Below, piece after piece: positions 56,333 to 64,000 of a stretch of 64,000 nucleotides of DNA. Position 1 is the stretch's first letter. Each line of letters begins with the position of its first letter. The stretch is from Candidatus Kuenenbacteria bacterium. GTDB taxonomy: Bacteria; Patescibacteriota; Patescibacteriia; UBA11705; JABHMO01. The notes beneath the pieces are model-generated. The model had not been told where the DNA came from and ran no database searches. It was given only the letters and a program-made list of their open reading frames with translations. The stretch lies in NCBI GenBank assembly GCA_013202715.1, contig JABMRF010000007.1:72566-136565 (forward strand). The letters are read 5' to 3'. Both the position numbers and the translations under genes were made by a program.

Positions 56333-58954
56333 ATGGATATCAGAAAATTCACTACAAATTCACAACAAGCTCTTCAATCAGCGCAAGCGCTTGCTTTTGA
56401 GTACAAGCATTCACAAATTGATACAATTCATTTGCTTTGTGCACTACTTGAACAAGATGAAAGTATTGTTTTGACCGTATTAAAAAAACTGGAACTTCCT
56501 GTCGAGCAAATGATTCAGCAGGTCAAATCTATTTTGCATAAATTTCCAAAGGGCCGAACTCCTAGCGCTGCTGGCGGTCAAGTTGCCGTGACTCCGCCAA
56601 TGAATTATGTTTTGGTTAATTCGGAAAAAGAATCCAAGAAGCTGGGCGATGAATTTGTAAGTACAGAACATTTATTGCTGTCACTTTTGAAAGTTGACTC
56701 CCCTGCTTCTGAACTTCTGAAAATGTTTAATGTTGATTATGATACAGTTTTGAAAATTCTCTCTGATGTGCGCGGTGATGAAAAAGTTGACTCCCCTGAC
56801 CCAGAAAACAAAAGGGATGTTTTGGATAAGTTTACCATGAACTTGACTCAGGAAGCGCGGGAAGAAAAATTAGATCCAATTATCGGGCGAGACGACGAAG
56901 TTCGACGAATTTTACAAGTACTTTCTCGAAGAACAAAAAACAATCCAGTTTTAATTGGAGAACCTGGCGTTGGAAAAACTGCAATCGCCGAAGGATTGGC
57001 TCAGCGTATTGTTTCCGGCGATGTTCCGGAAAATCTTAAGAACAAGGAAGTTTTAAGTTTGGATATTGGCTCTCTTGTGGCCGGATCAAAATTTCGTGGT
57101 GAATTTGAAGAAAGAATGAAGGCTGTCTTGAAAGAAATTCAAAAGAACAAAGACAAATACATCATATTTATAGATGAATTGCATACAATTGTTGGAGCAG
57201 GCTCAATCGAAGGCTCACTGGACGCTTCAAATATGCTCAAGCCAGCGCTTGCTCGTGGAAATTTGAGATGTGTTGGCGCTACAACATTAAAAGAATATCA
57301 AAAATATATCGAAAAAGACGCCGCACTGGAGCGAAGATTTCAGCCCGTGATGGTATTGGAGCCTGATTTGGATGATACAATTGCAATCCTTCGTGGAATC
57401 AAGGAAAAATATGAAGTCCACCATGGTGTGCGCATTACAGATGATGCAGTTGTGGCAGCAGCAAAACTTTCTCAGAAATATATTACCGACCGATTTTTGC
57501 CTGACAAAGCTATTGACCTTGTTGACGAAGCAACATCAGCTCTTCGAATTGAGCTGAACAGTATGCCGATCGAGCTGGATCAATTGAAACGTAAGATTAT
57601 GAAATTGGAAATTGAAAAGCAAGCCATTGCCAGAGAAAAAACTGACACAGCAAAGGCAAAGCTGAGTGGCATCGACAAAGAATTAGAGGAACACAAGGAA
57701 AAAGCAAATCAACTCGAAATTCATTGGAAAAAGGAAAAAGAATTGATTGAGCAAATTCAATCTGCAAAAAAAGATATTGATAAATTAAAACAAGAAGCGG
57801 AAATTTTGGAAAGAAAAGCCGAATATGACCGAGTCGCGGAAATCCGTTACGGAACAATCCCTGAACTTGAGAAAAAGATCAAAAGTCTTCAAGCTCGTTT
57901 TCGAAAAGTGCAGTCAGGTCCTGGTGGTCGGAAAATTTTAAAAGAAGAAGTAACTGAAGAAGATATTGCTAGCGTAGTCTCAATGTGGACAGGCATTCCT
58001 GTTACAAAGATGCTACAAAGCGAAATAGAAAAATTGGCGCATGCGGAAGACGAGCTTGCCACTCGAGTAATTGGTCAGAAAAAATCAATTGCCTCGGTTG
58101 CCAATGCACTTCGTCGTTCCCGGGCTGGATTGTCAGAAGAAAATCGACCAATTGGTTCATTCCTCTTCCTCGGTCCGACCGGAGTTGGTAAGACTGAGCT
58201 GGCAAAATCGCTTGCTGAGTTTATGTTCAATAGTGAAGAAGCAATTATTCGCGTCGATATGTCTGAATACATGGAAAAGCATTCAGTTTCAAAGCTGATT
58301 GGATCTCCTCCAGGATACATTGGTCACGATGAAGGTGGGCAGTTAACTGAACGCGTTCGTCGGCGTCCTTATTCAGTAATCTTGTTCGATGAAATCGAAA
58401 AAGCTCATCCAGAAGTTTTCAATTCTCTATTGCAAATCTTGGACGACGGCAGGCTGACTGATTCAAAGGGCCGAACCGTTAATTTCAAAAATACAATTAT
58501 CATCATGACATCAAATATCGGCTCAGATACAATTCTGGATGCGATTAATAAATCTGATCTTGGCTTTGGAAATCAGGAAGCAAGTCAAAAAGAATCAATT
58601 GACAAAAAAATCCTTGGTCGCCTAAAAGAGCATTTCCGTCCTGAGTTTCTAAATCGAATTGATGAGATTATGATTTTTGATGCTTTGAATAAAAAAGAAC
58701 TGCGAAAAATTGTTGACCTTCAGCTGGAAATTGTTGGTAAACGTTTGGAAGAAAAAGAAATTCAGATCAAATTTAGCTCAGAAGTTAAAGATATGTTGGC
58801 GGAAAAGGGCTATGATCCACAGTTTGGAGCTCGGCCACTAAAACGATTGATTCAAACGATGATTCTCGATGAGCTTGCTTTGCAGATTATCGAAGGAAAG
58901 ACTAAGAGTAAAGTTAGCGTTGAGCTTTCGAAAGGAAAAGTAGTCTTTAGGTAA
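56333..58954 (+). CDS. clpB: ClpB disaggregase (two AAA+ modules, middle coiled coil)
   Basis: Two Walker A boxes (GEPGVGKT; GPTGVGKT); M-domain coiled coil; N-terminal Clp_N repeats. Confidence 0.95.
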   Translation: MDIRKFTTNSQQALQSAQALAFEYKHSQIDTIHLLCALLEQDESIVLTVLKKLELPVEQMIQQVKSILHKFPKGRTPSAAGGQVAVTPPMNYVLVNSEKESKKLGDEFVSTEHLLLSLLKVDSPASELLKMFNVDYDTVLKILSDVRGDEKVDSPDPENKRDVLDKFTMNLTQEAREEKLDPIIGRDDEVRRILQVLSRRTKNNPVLIGEPGVGKTAIAEGLAQRIVSGDVPENLKNKEVLSLDIGSLVAGSKFRGEFEERMKAVLKEIQKNKDKYIIFIDELHTIVGAGSIEGSLDASNMLKPALARGNLRCVGATTLKEYQKYIEKDAALERRFQPVMVLEPDLDDTIAILRGIKEKYEVHHGVRITDDAVVAAAKLSQKYITDRFLPDKAIDLVDEATSALRIELNSMPIELDQLKRKIMKLEIEKQAIAREKTDTAKAKLSGIDKELEEHKEKANQLEIHWKKEKELIEQIQSAKKDIDKLKQEAEILERKAEYDRVAEIRYGTIPELEKKIKSLQARFRKVQSGPGGRKILKEEVTEEDIASVVSMWTGIPVTKMLQSEIEKLAHAEDELATRVIGQKKSIASVANALRRSRAGLSEENRPIGSFLFLGPTGVGKTELAKSLAEFMFNSEEAIIRVDMSEYMEKHSVSKLIGSPPGYIGHDEGGQLTERVRRRPYSVILFDEIEKAHPEVFNSLLQILDDGRLTDSKGRTVNFKNTIIIMTSNIGSDTILDAINKSDLGFGNQEASQKESIDKKILGRLKEHFRPEFLNRIDEIMIFDALNKKELRKIVDLQLEIVGKRLEEKEIQIKFSSEVKDMLAEKGYDPQFGARPLKRLIQTMILDELALQIIEGKTKSKVSVELSKGKVVFR

Positions 58955-58982
58955 AATGTAAAATGTAAAAGTTAAAAGTATA
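58949..58982. repeat. Post-stop direct repeat (copy 2, with an extra AAATGT unit)
   Basis: aggtaaaatgtaaaatgtaaaagttaaaagtat overlapping the clpB stop. Confidence 0.7.
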
Positions 58983-59065
58983 TAACAAAGGAGCTTGGAA
59001 AAAGCTCTTTTGTATTTGAATTAACGAGTCTTGCTAAAATTCCTCTTTTCCATTATAATTACAGT

Positions 59066-60436
59066 ATGCGAAATACAAAAAAGATCGTAATTTTTACTTT
59101 AATTTTAGGTTTGATTTTTCCTTTTCAAACCGTTTTTGCGGTTGATTTTAACAATGGCTATATAATTTCAGATCAGGATTTAGTGAATTCAAGTGCCATG
59201 ACTTTGGGCGAAATTCAGAATTTTTTAGATAGACGAAACGGGACACTTGATACTTATACAGCAATCGATGATGATGGAGAAATAATAACAGCAGCGGAAA
59301 TTATTTTTAATGCATCTGTTGAGCATGTTATCAATCCAAAGTTTTTGTTGGTCATGTTGCAAAAAGAACAAAGCCTGGTTGAAGATTCTTCACCAACTCA
59401 AAAACAGTATGATTGGGCAATGGGTTATGGAATTTGTGACAGTTGTGATATGGATGACCCGAGTCTTTTGAAATTCAAGGGGTTTGCAAATCAAGTTGAT
59501 AATACTGCCGGAGCAAACCGTTGGTACATTGATACCGAAGAAAACTGGATCAAACGTCCCGGCAATACATATGAAATTGATGGTGAGCAGGTCAATATTA
59601 TGAATCAAGCCACCGCCAATCTATATAACTTCACTCCTCATATTCACGGAAATTATAATTTTTGGAAAATCTGGAATCGCTGGTTCAATCAAAGTTATCC
59701 GGACGGATCATTGTTGCAAGGCGAAGGAGAACAAGGTGTTTGGTTGATAGACAATGGAATGCGCCGTCCTTTTCATTCGAAAAGTGCACTGGTTTCACGT
59801 TATGATCTAGATAATATTATTATTGTCAGCAAAAATGAAATAGATAAATATGAAATCGGTCGGGCGATTAAATTTGCAAATTATTCCCTTTTACAAATCC
59901 CAACTGAAGATGTTTATTTATTAGTAAATGACGAGCTTCGCAAGTTCGAATCAAAAGAAGTTCTGCGCACACTTGGATTTAATCCGGAAGAATATGAGCA
60001 GCTCAGCCTTGTAGACTTTGAGGAGTATGAACTTGGTGAACAGATCACAATGACAAGCGCGTACCCTGCTGGCGGATTGCTTCAGGATAATACTACTGGA
60101 GGAGTTTTCTTTGTTCAGGATGGACATAAATACGCGATTATTACCAAAGACATTTTTGAAATAAATTATCCAAACTACACCTTGACTTCAGTCACACCGG
60201 AAGAGTTGAGTAAATTTCCACGTTGGGGTGAAGTTCGACTGAAAAACGGAATTATTGTAAAGTCAGTTGAGTCACCTATTGTCTACGTTATTTCAAATGA
60301 AAAAAAGCGTCCTATTGTCTCTGCTGATGTTTACGAGCGACTTGGCTATAAATGGGAAAACATTAAAGTTGTAAGTGAGAAAAGTTTGTCGAACATGCCA
60401 CTGGGCAGTGCGGTGGATCTGGACTTTAAGAAATAA
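59066..60436 (+). CDS. Secreted hypothetical protein with four ~45-aa C-terminal tandem repeats
   Basis: Signal peptide MRNTKKIVIFTLILGLIFPFQTVFA; four repeats starting WLIDNGMRRPF, YLLVNDELRKF, FFVQDGHKYAI and VYVISNEKKRPI. Confidence 0.55.
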   Translation: MRNTKKIVIFTLILGLIFPFQTVFAVDFNNGYIISDQDLVNSSAMTLGEIQNFLDRRNGTLDTYTAIDDDGEIITAAEIIFNASVEHVINPKFLLVMLQKEQSLVEDSSPTQKQYDWAMGYGICDSCDMDDPSLLKFKGFANQVDNTAGANRWYIDTEENWIKRPGNTYEIDGEQVNIMNQATANLYNFTPHIHGNYNFWKIWNRWFNQSYPDGSLLQGEGEQGVWLIDNGMRRPFHSKSALVSRYDLDNIIIVSKNEIDKYEIGRAIKFANYSLLQIPTEDVYLLVNDELRKFESKEVLRTLGFNPEEYEQLSLVDFEEYELGEQITMTSAYPAGGLLQDNTTGGVFFVQDGHKYAIITKDIFEINYPNYTLTSVTPEELSKFPRWGEVRLKNGIIVKSVESPIVYVISNEKKRPIVSADVYERLGYKWENIKVVSEKSLSNMPLGSAVDLDFKK

Positions 60437-60438
60437 AT

Positions 60439-60530
60439 ATAACGCGAATGTCACTAATTTTAACGCGAATATCGCGAATCGCGAATGTTGCGAATAATAA
60501 TATTCGTGTTATTCGCGATTTGCCGTTCGG
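60439..60530. repeat. (C/T)GCGAAT repeat array with inverted ATTCGC units, upstream of the LigB-like gene
   Basis: aacgcgaatg...taacgcgaatatcgcgaatcgcgaatgttgcgaataataatattcgtgttattcgcgat. Confidence 0.7.
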
Positions 60531-60586
60531 CCACGAGCTCACGGCCGAGTGGCGTCATTCGCATATGTTCATATTCGTGTAAATCT

Positions 60587-61375
60587 ATGCTCACCTTTGC
60601 GGCCATTGTGCCTCATCCACCGGTCTTGATTCCAAGTATCGGTAAAGAAAATATAGATAAATTAAAAAAAACCATTAGTGCTTTGGATATTCTTGAGGAA
60701 GAATTAAATCAAGCGAATCCTGATACTATAATTGTGATTTCTCCGCATGGCGAAATTAATTTTGAAGCATTTACAGTTAATACTAATGAAAAATATACAG
60801 CAAGATTTGAAAATTTTGGCGATTTTACAACCAAGCTGGAATTTAAATCAGATCTGGGATTTATAAATCAGCTAAAAGCGACAAATGAAACAAAATTACC
60901 GGTCCAACTGATTTCACAAGAAAATCTTGATCATGGTGTGTCGGTCCCCCTTTATTACTTGACTCGAAAAAATCAAGATCGCAGAATTGTGCCGATCAAT
61001 TATAGTTTTTTGAATTTTAATAAACATTTAGAGTTTGGCGAATTGATAAAAGAAGCCATTTTTTCTTCAGACAAAAGAGTTGCAATTATTGCTTCCGGAG
61101 ATCTATCACACAAGTTGAGTTTGCGAGCGCCAGCAGGATTTTCTCCACACGCAAAAGAGTTCGACAAAAAGCTGATTCAGGTTTTGAAAAAGAAAAGTGT
61201 GCAGGGAATTTTGGATATGGATCCGGCCTTTATCGAAGAGGCTGGCGAATGCGGTCTACGCTCATTCCTGATCCTACTTGGAGCGATTAAAAACATGAAA
61301 TATGAATTTGAAGTTTTGAGCTACGAAGCACCGTTTGGGGTTGGCTATTTAGTCGGAGAGTTCAAGTTTGCGTAA
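60587..61375 (+). CDS. LigB/Memo-superfamily (class III extradiol-dioxygenase-like) protein
   Basis: N-terminal AAIVPHPPV (LigB-type metal His), VISPHGE, and ASGDLSHKLS (YgiD/DODA-like S-x-D-L-S-H). Confidence 0.55.
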   Translation: MLTFAAIVPHPPVLIPSIGKENIDKLKKTISALDILEEELNQANPDTIIVISPHGEINFEAFTVNTNEKYTARFENFGDFTTKLEFKSDLGFINQLKATNETKLPVQLISQENLDHGVSVPLYYLTRKNQDRRIVPINYSFLNFNKHLEFGELIKEAIFSSDKRVAIIASGDLSHKLSLRAPAGFSPHAKEFDKKLIQVLKKKSVQGILDMDPAFIEEAGECGLRSFLILLGAIKNMKYEFEVLSYEAPFGVGYLVGEFKFA

Positions 61376-61430
61376 TGCGAATATAGATAAATGCGAATGA
61401 CGCGAATCGCGAATGATGCGAATAAAGAAT
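61371..61430. repeat. (C/T)GCGAAT repeat array downstream of the LigB-like gene
   Basis: gcgtaatgcgaatatagataaatgcgaatgacgcgaatcgcgaatgatgcgaataaag; five units mirroring the upstream array. Confidence 0.7.
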
Positions 61431-61504
61431 AAAAGTACAAATATCGTCTTTTGGGGCGATTTTGTGATTCTAGGGCTTGTTTTTAGGTAAACTTAGTCAA
61501 CCCT

Positions 61505-61533
61505 TTGACAAATCAAGAAAAATCATGTATAAT
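61505..61533 (+). promoter_or_regulatory. Promoter TTGACA-17-TATAAT (TG directly upstream) for the GC-rich CSD-fusion gene
   Basis: ctttgacaaatcaagaaaaatcatgtataatg. Confidence 0.55.
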
Positions 61534-61658
61534 GCTACTTAAACAAGTTCCTTTCAAAGTATCGAAAACTGTGTGTTTCAGTGGACCCCTCCGGGTCTGT
61601 CTGTGGTTAGGGTTTGCATGTGCAAGCCCATCTGTTTGTTAACCGTATGGAGGTAGAG

Positions 61659-63182
61659 ATGACAGTAGATCGAGGAAGTATCGTTTCAGCTGAAGTGCTC
61701 AGAATGCTCATGTCCTCACCGGGCGAAGATGAAGAACTCAGCGGTGAGATTGTCAGCATTGGAGCCAAAGACTTTGCGTTCATTGGGAATGTGAAGGACT
61801 CACGGGGCCGGCCGGTTGATACCGGCGCTGGCGATGTGTTTCTTCACCAGGAGGAACTCCTTGGTGGAAAAATGGAAGTTGGGACGGTCCTGAAGTTCAG
61901 GGTTGTTCCCGATGAGAGGAGACTCGGTAAACTGCGAGCGCTTCAGGCGCACTCAGTCGATCTGGCTCTGGTGCCGGTGAAAAAGGAAGTTGTGTTTCCG
62001 GTGTCAGTCGTTACCGGCGCACAGTCGTTCTACCACGTGCGTGCCAAGAAGATTCTGCCGGAAATCGTTGACCAGGCTGACAACAACAAGCCGTTTGACG
62101 GTGTCTTCCGACCGACTTCCCAGGCAGATGCGATCAAGATTGCGAACCGAGATGTCCTGGCCGACGTGATCAACGTTTGGCTGAAGGCGAGCTTCGCGAT
62201 GTTCGAGAGCTTCGGTGTGAACTTCGATCTGCGCCAGCCAGTGACGGATGAAGAGCGGGACATGATCGAAAAGTACGCCCAGTCGTTTGGCAATGGTGGC
62301 ATGGATGCTGCAGCTCGGAAGCTCAAGCAGCAGTTCGAGACGTTCTTGAACACCAAGGATGTCTTCAACTACCTGTACAATTCAAATCGCCTCCTGCCCC
62401 AGAGCGTACTCAGTGTTGACTACCTGCCTGACATGATGATGGCCGCGCCGGTCTGGTTCGCACGAGGGAAAGAGGAATTCCCCAACAAACAGGATAGACA
62501 CGATCCAATGCCGGACGAGTTTGTTCAGTACATGTGCGGACTGGGCAAAACCCAGCGCATGGCAAACCTGATGCAGCTTTTCAATCGGCGCACACGGCCG
62601 TTTGACATGTATGAGGGAGACGTGATTCCTCCTCATATCTGGGAGACGATCCAGGCCTGCTCAAACAGAGACAACCTGTTGTCAAAGTTCGATTACCTGG
62701 TGATTGCCACTCCGTATCACAACATTGCCAGCAAGGAATGGGCTGATCCCAACTGGCAGGGCATGATTGATCCTTACCTGCTTGCATTCTCAAAGGATGT
62801 GCCTGAATTTTTCTTCGTGCTTGGTCGTTGGAGTGACACGGGGCTTCTGCCGCTAGTTAGCGAGATGACGGCCGATACCGTGAATTTCACGAGAGAGCAC
62901 CTTGAGGGAATTGAGAACTTTTCTCAGCCCTACTGGCACATTGAGGCTGGTGACAAAAAGGATAGTGATCCAGAGGATGATGAAGGGTCTCGGATTGCGG
63001 CTGATGGTACACATTATAATCAGAGTTTAAAAGACGGTGTTCCTGCTCCATATCTCAAGGATGGTTCATTGCCACAATTTGCCAGGGAATTGATCGAGCG
63101 TTTCGAAAAGGGTGACCTTTTCCCCTGGCTGACGGATGACACTTACACCGGAGAGCCGGATGAGACGACACCTGAAGGTTAA
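61659..63182 (+). CDS. Hypothetical protein of foreign composition (~58% GC) with an N-terminal cold-shock/S1-like OB domain
   Basis: GGAGGTAG RBS; N-terminal GEIVSIGAKDFAFIGNVKDSRGRPVDTGAGDVFLHQEEL...GTVLKFRVV parallels the CspA fold pattern (GxV..F...KGFGFI......DVFVH...L); about 400 aa of unknown domain follow. Confidence 0.55.
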   Translation: MTVDRGSIVSAEVLRMLMSSPGEDEELSGEIVSIGAKDFAFIGNVKDSRGRPVDTGAGDVFLHQEELLGGKMEVGTVLKFRVVPDERRLGKLRALQAHSVDLALVPVKKEVVFPVSVVTGAQSFYHVRAKKILPEIVDQADNNKPFDGVFRPTSQADAIKIANRDVLADVINVWLKASFAMFESFGVNFDLRQPVTDEERDMIEKYAQSFGNGGMDAAARKLKQQFETFLNTKDVFNYLYNSNRLLPQSVLSVDYLPDMMMAAPVWFARGKEEFPNKQDRHDPMPDEFVQYMCGLGKTQRMANLMQLFNRRTRPFDMYEGDVIPPHIWETIQACSNRDNLLSKFDYLVIATPYHNIASKEWADPNWQGMIDPYLLAFSKDVPEFFFVLGRWSDTGLLPLVSEMTADTVNFTREHLEGIENFSQPYWHIEAGDKKDSDPEDDEGSRIAADGTHYNQSLKDGVPAPYLKDGSLPQFARELIERFEKGDLFPWLTDDTYTGEPDETTPEG

Positions 63183-63194
63183 GTTGTAAAAACA

Positions 63195-63228
63195 GAGCCC
63201 CCCCGCATCGCGGGGGGGCCTTTTTCTT
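63195..63228 (+). terminator. Rho-independent terminator (C7/G7 stem)
   Basis: gcccccccgcatcgcgggggggc + TTTTT; same style as 52326-52360. Confidence 0.85.
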
Positions 63229-63280
63229 CCAAAAAATTGGACTGGATTTTTGTGTAATTTTTGTTATAATACAAGCACCT

Positions 63281-64000
63281 ATGAAAAAGATCGCTCAAAT
63301 TATTCCCATAAAAAAGCTGCCAAGGGGTATGCGGTTTTTTGATTACTGGGAAAAAGAAGGCGAAAGAGGGCGAAAGAAGGCGAAAGAAGATGGAGACATT
63401 GAAATTAAGGTTGGGGATATTGTGAACATTCCTTTTCGCAAGAATATGATGATCAAGGGAATTGTGCATTCTTTCAAGGATACAACCGATTTTCCAGAAG
63501 CAAAGGAGATTGACAGCTTGGATGAAGATTATGGCGGACTGCTCCCCTATCAGCTAGAATTAATTTTTTGGTTTTCCGAGTATTATTACCATTCTTTGGG
63601 CTCTACCGCTGACATGTTTTTTCCGGCCGTTCCGAAACGGGCGGTAAAGATTTCTGATGCAGAAGATGAAAAGATACCTACTTTGAACGACCAAAAAAGC
63701 GATTCAAAAGTGATCAGTTTATCTGAACAAATAAATAGTTCAAAAGAAAAAAAATATTTACTGTTTCCGTACGATTTGGAAATGAAAGAACAGTTTTATC
63801 TGGAACTGTGCCGACAGGCAATCAAAAACAAAAAGCAAATCCTAATTTTATTTCCGCAAGTATATAAAGTGGAAGAGTTTGCTCAGAAGTTACCAAATGA
63901 ACTTAAAGAAAAAACTGCCGTGCTCACTTCTGATTTATATACGGCCAAATCAAGATATTTTCGAACCTGGAAACAAATCAAGGAAAATCAAAAACAGATC
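63281..64000 (+). CDS. priA: Primosomal protein N' (PriA), N-terminal part; runs off the window
   Basis: N-terminal 3'-DNA-binding-domain pattern (F.DYW...G.IV.IPFRKNM.IKGIV), then LLFPYD and LILFPQVY helicase-entry motifs. Contains the in-frame GGCGAAAGA repeat insert. Confidence 0.6.
   Translation, partial: MKKIAQIIPIKKLPRGMRFFDYWEKEGERGRKKAKEDGDIEIKVGDIVNIPFRKNMMIKGIVHSFKDTTDFPEAKEIDSLDEDYGGLLPYQLELIFWFSEYYYHSLGSTADMFFPAVPKRAVKISDAEDEKIPTLNDQKSDSKVISLSEQINSSKEKKYLLFPYDLEMKEQFYLELCRQAIKNKKQILILFPQVYKVEEFAQKLPNELKEKTAVLTSDLYTAKSRYFRTWKQIKENQKQI

Overview
This is a low-GC (~36-38%) bacterial chromosomal segment with compact gene spacing, standard genetic code and AT-rich intergenic regions. 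The gene content fits a small-genome, CPR/Patescibacteria-like organism, though that assignment is inference. Core content in order: the full F1Fo ATP synthase operon (atpB-E-F-H-A-G-D-C), two compact beta-carbonic-anhydrase-like paralogs bracketing a divergent pair made of a secreted SNase-like nuclease and an unknown protein, cvpA, and a UvrD/PcrA helicase fused to a RecB/Cas4-like nuclease. Then come proS, mreB-mreC-mreD-mrdA, greA, an HD hydrolase, lysS, serS, alr, ftsQ, two tandem pilM copies, a Xer-type tyrosine recombinase, and a 2880-aa secreted giant surface protein with a lamin-tail domain. The window ends with an M23 peptidase, gltX, a WecG/TagA-NUDIX fusion, thpR, an AmmeMemoRadiSam-type radical SAM enzyme, clpB, a LigB/Memo-like protein and the priA N-terminus. 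Overlaid on this backbone are several single-gene compositional islands of 50-62% GC (12737-13363, 50572-52281, 61659-63182; milder at 31124-32221, 34911-35390 and 52612-53286). Each sits behind a host-style TTGACA-N14-TGnTATAAT promoter and ends in a C-run/G-run hairpin terminator. The most unusual material is intergenic: at least six short dispersed repeat families. These are a ~30-nt GC-rich double hairpin flanked by a 10-bp direct repeat, GCGAAT arrays flanking one gene, a 26-nt post-stop direct repeat bracketing clpB, a GCGAAAG repeat in two 5' UTRs and inside priA, palindromic AGTC/GACT clusters, and long purine/pyrimidine palindromes upstream of proS and mrdA. A perfect 34-bp palindrome also sits in frame inside alr. 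No rRNA, tRNA or CRISPR was found by eye; no reverse transcriptase ORF was seen in the window.
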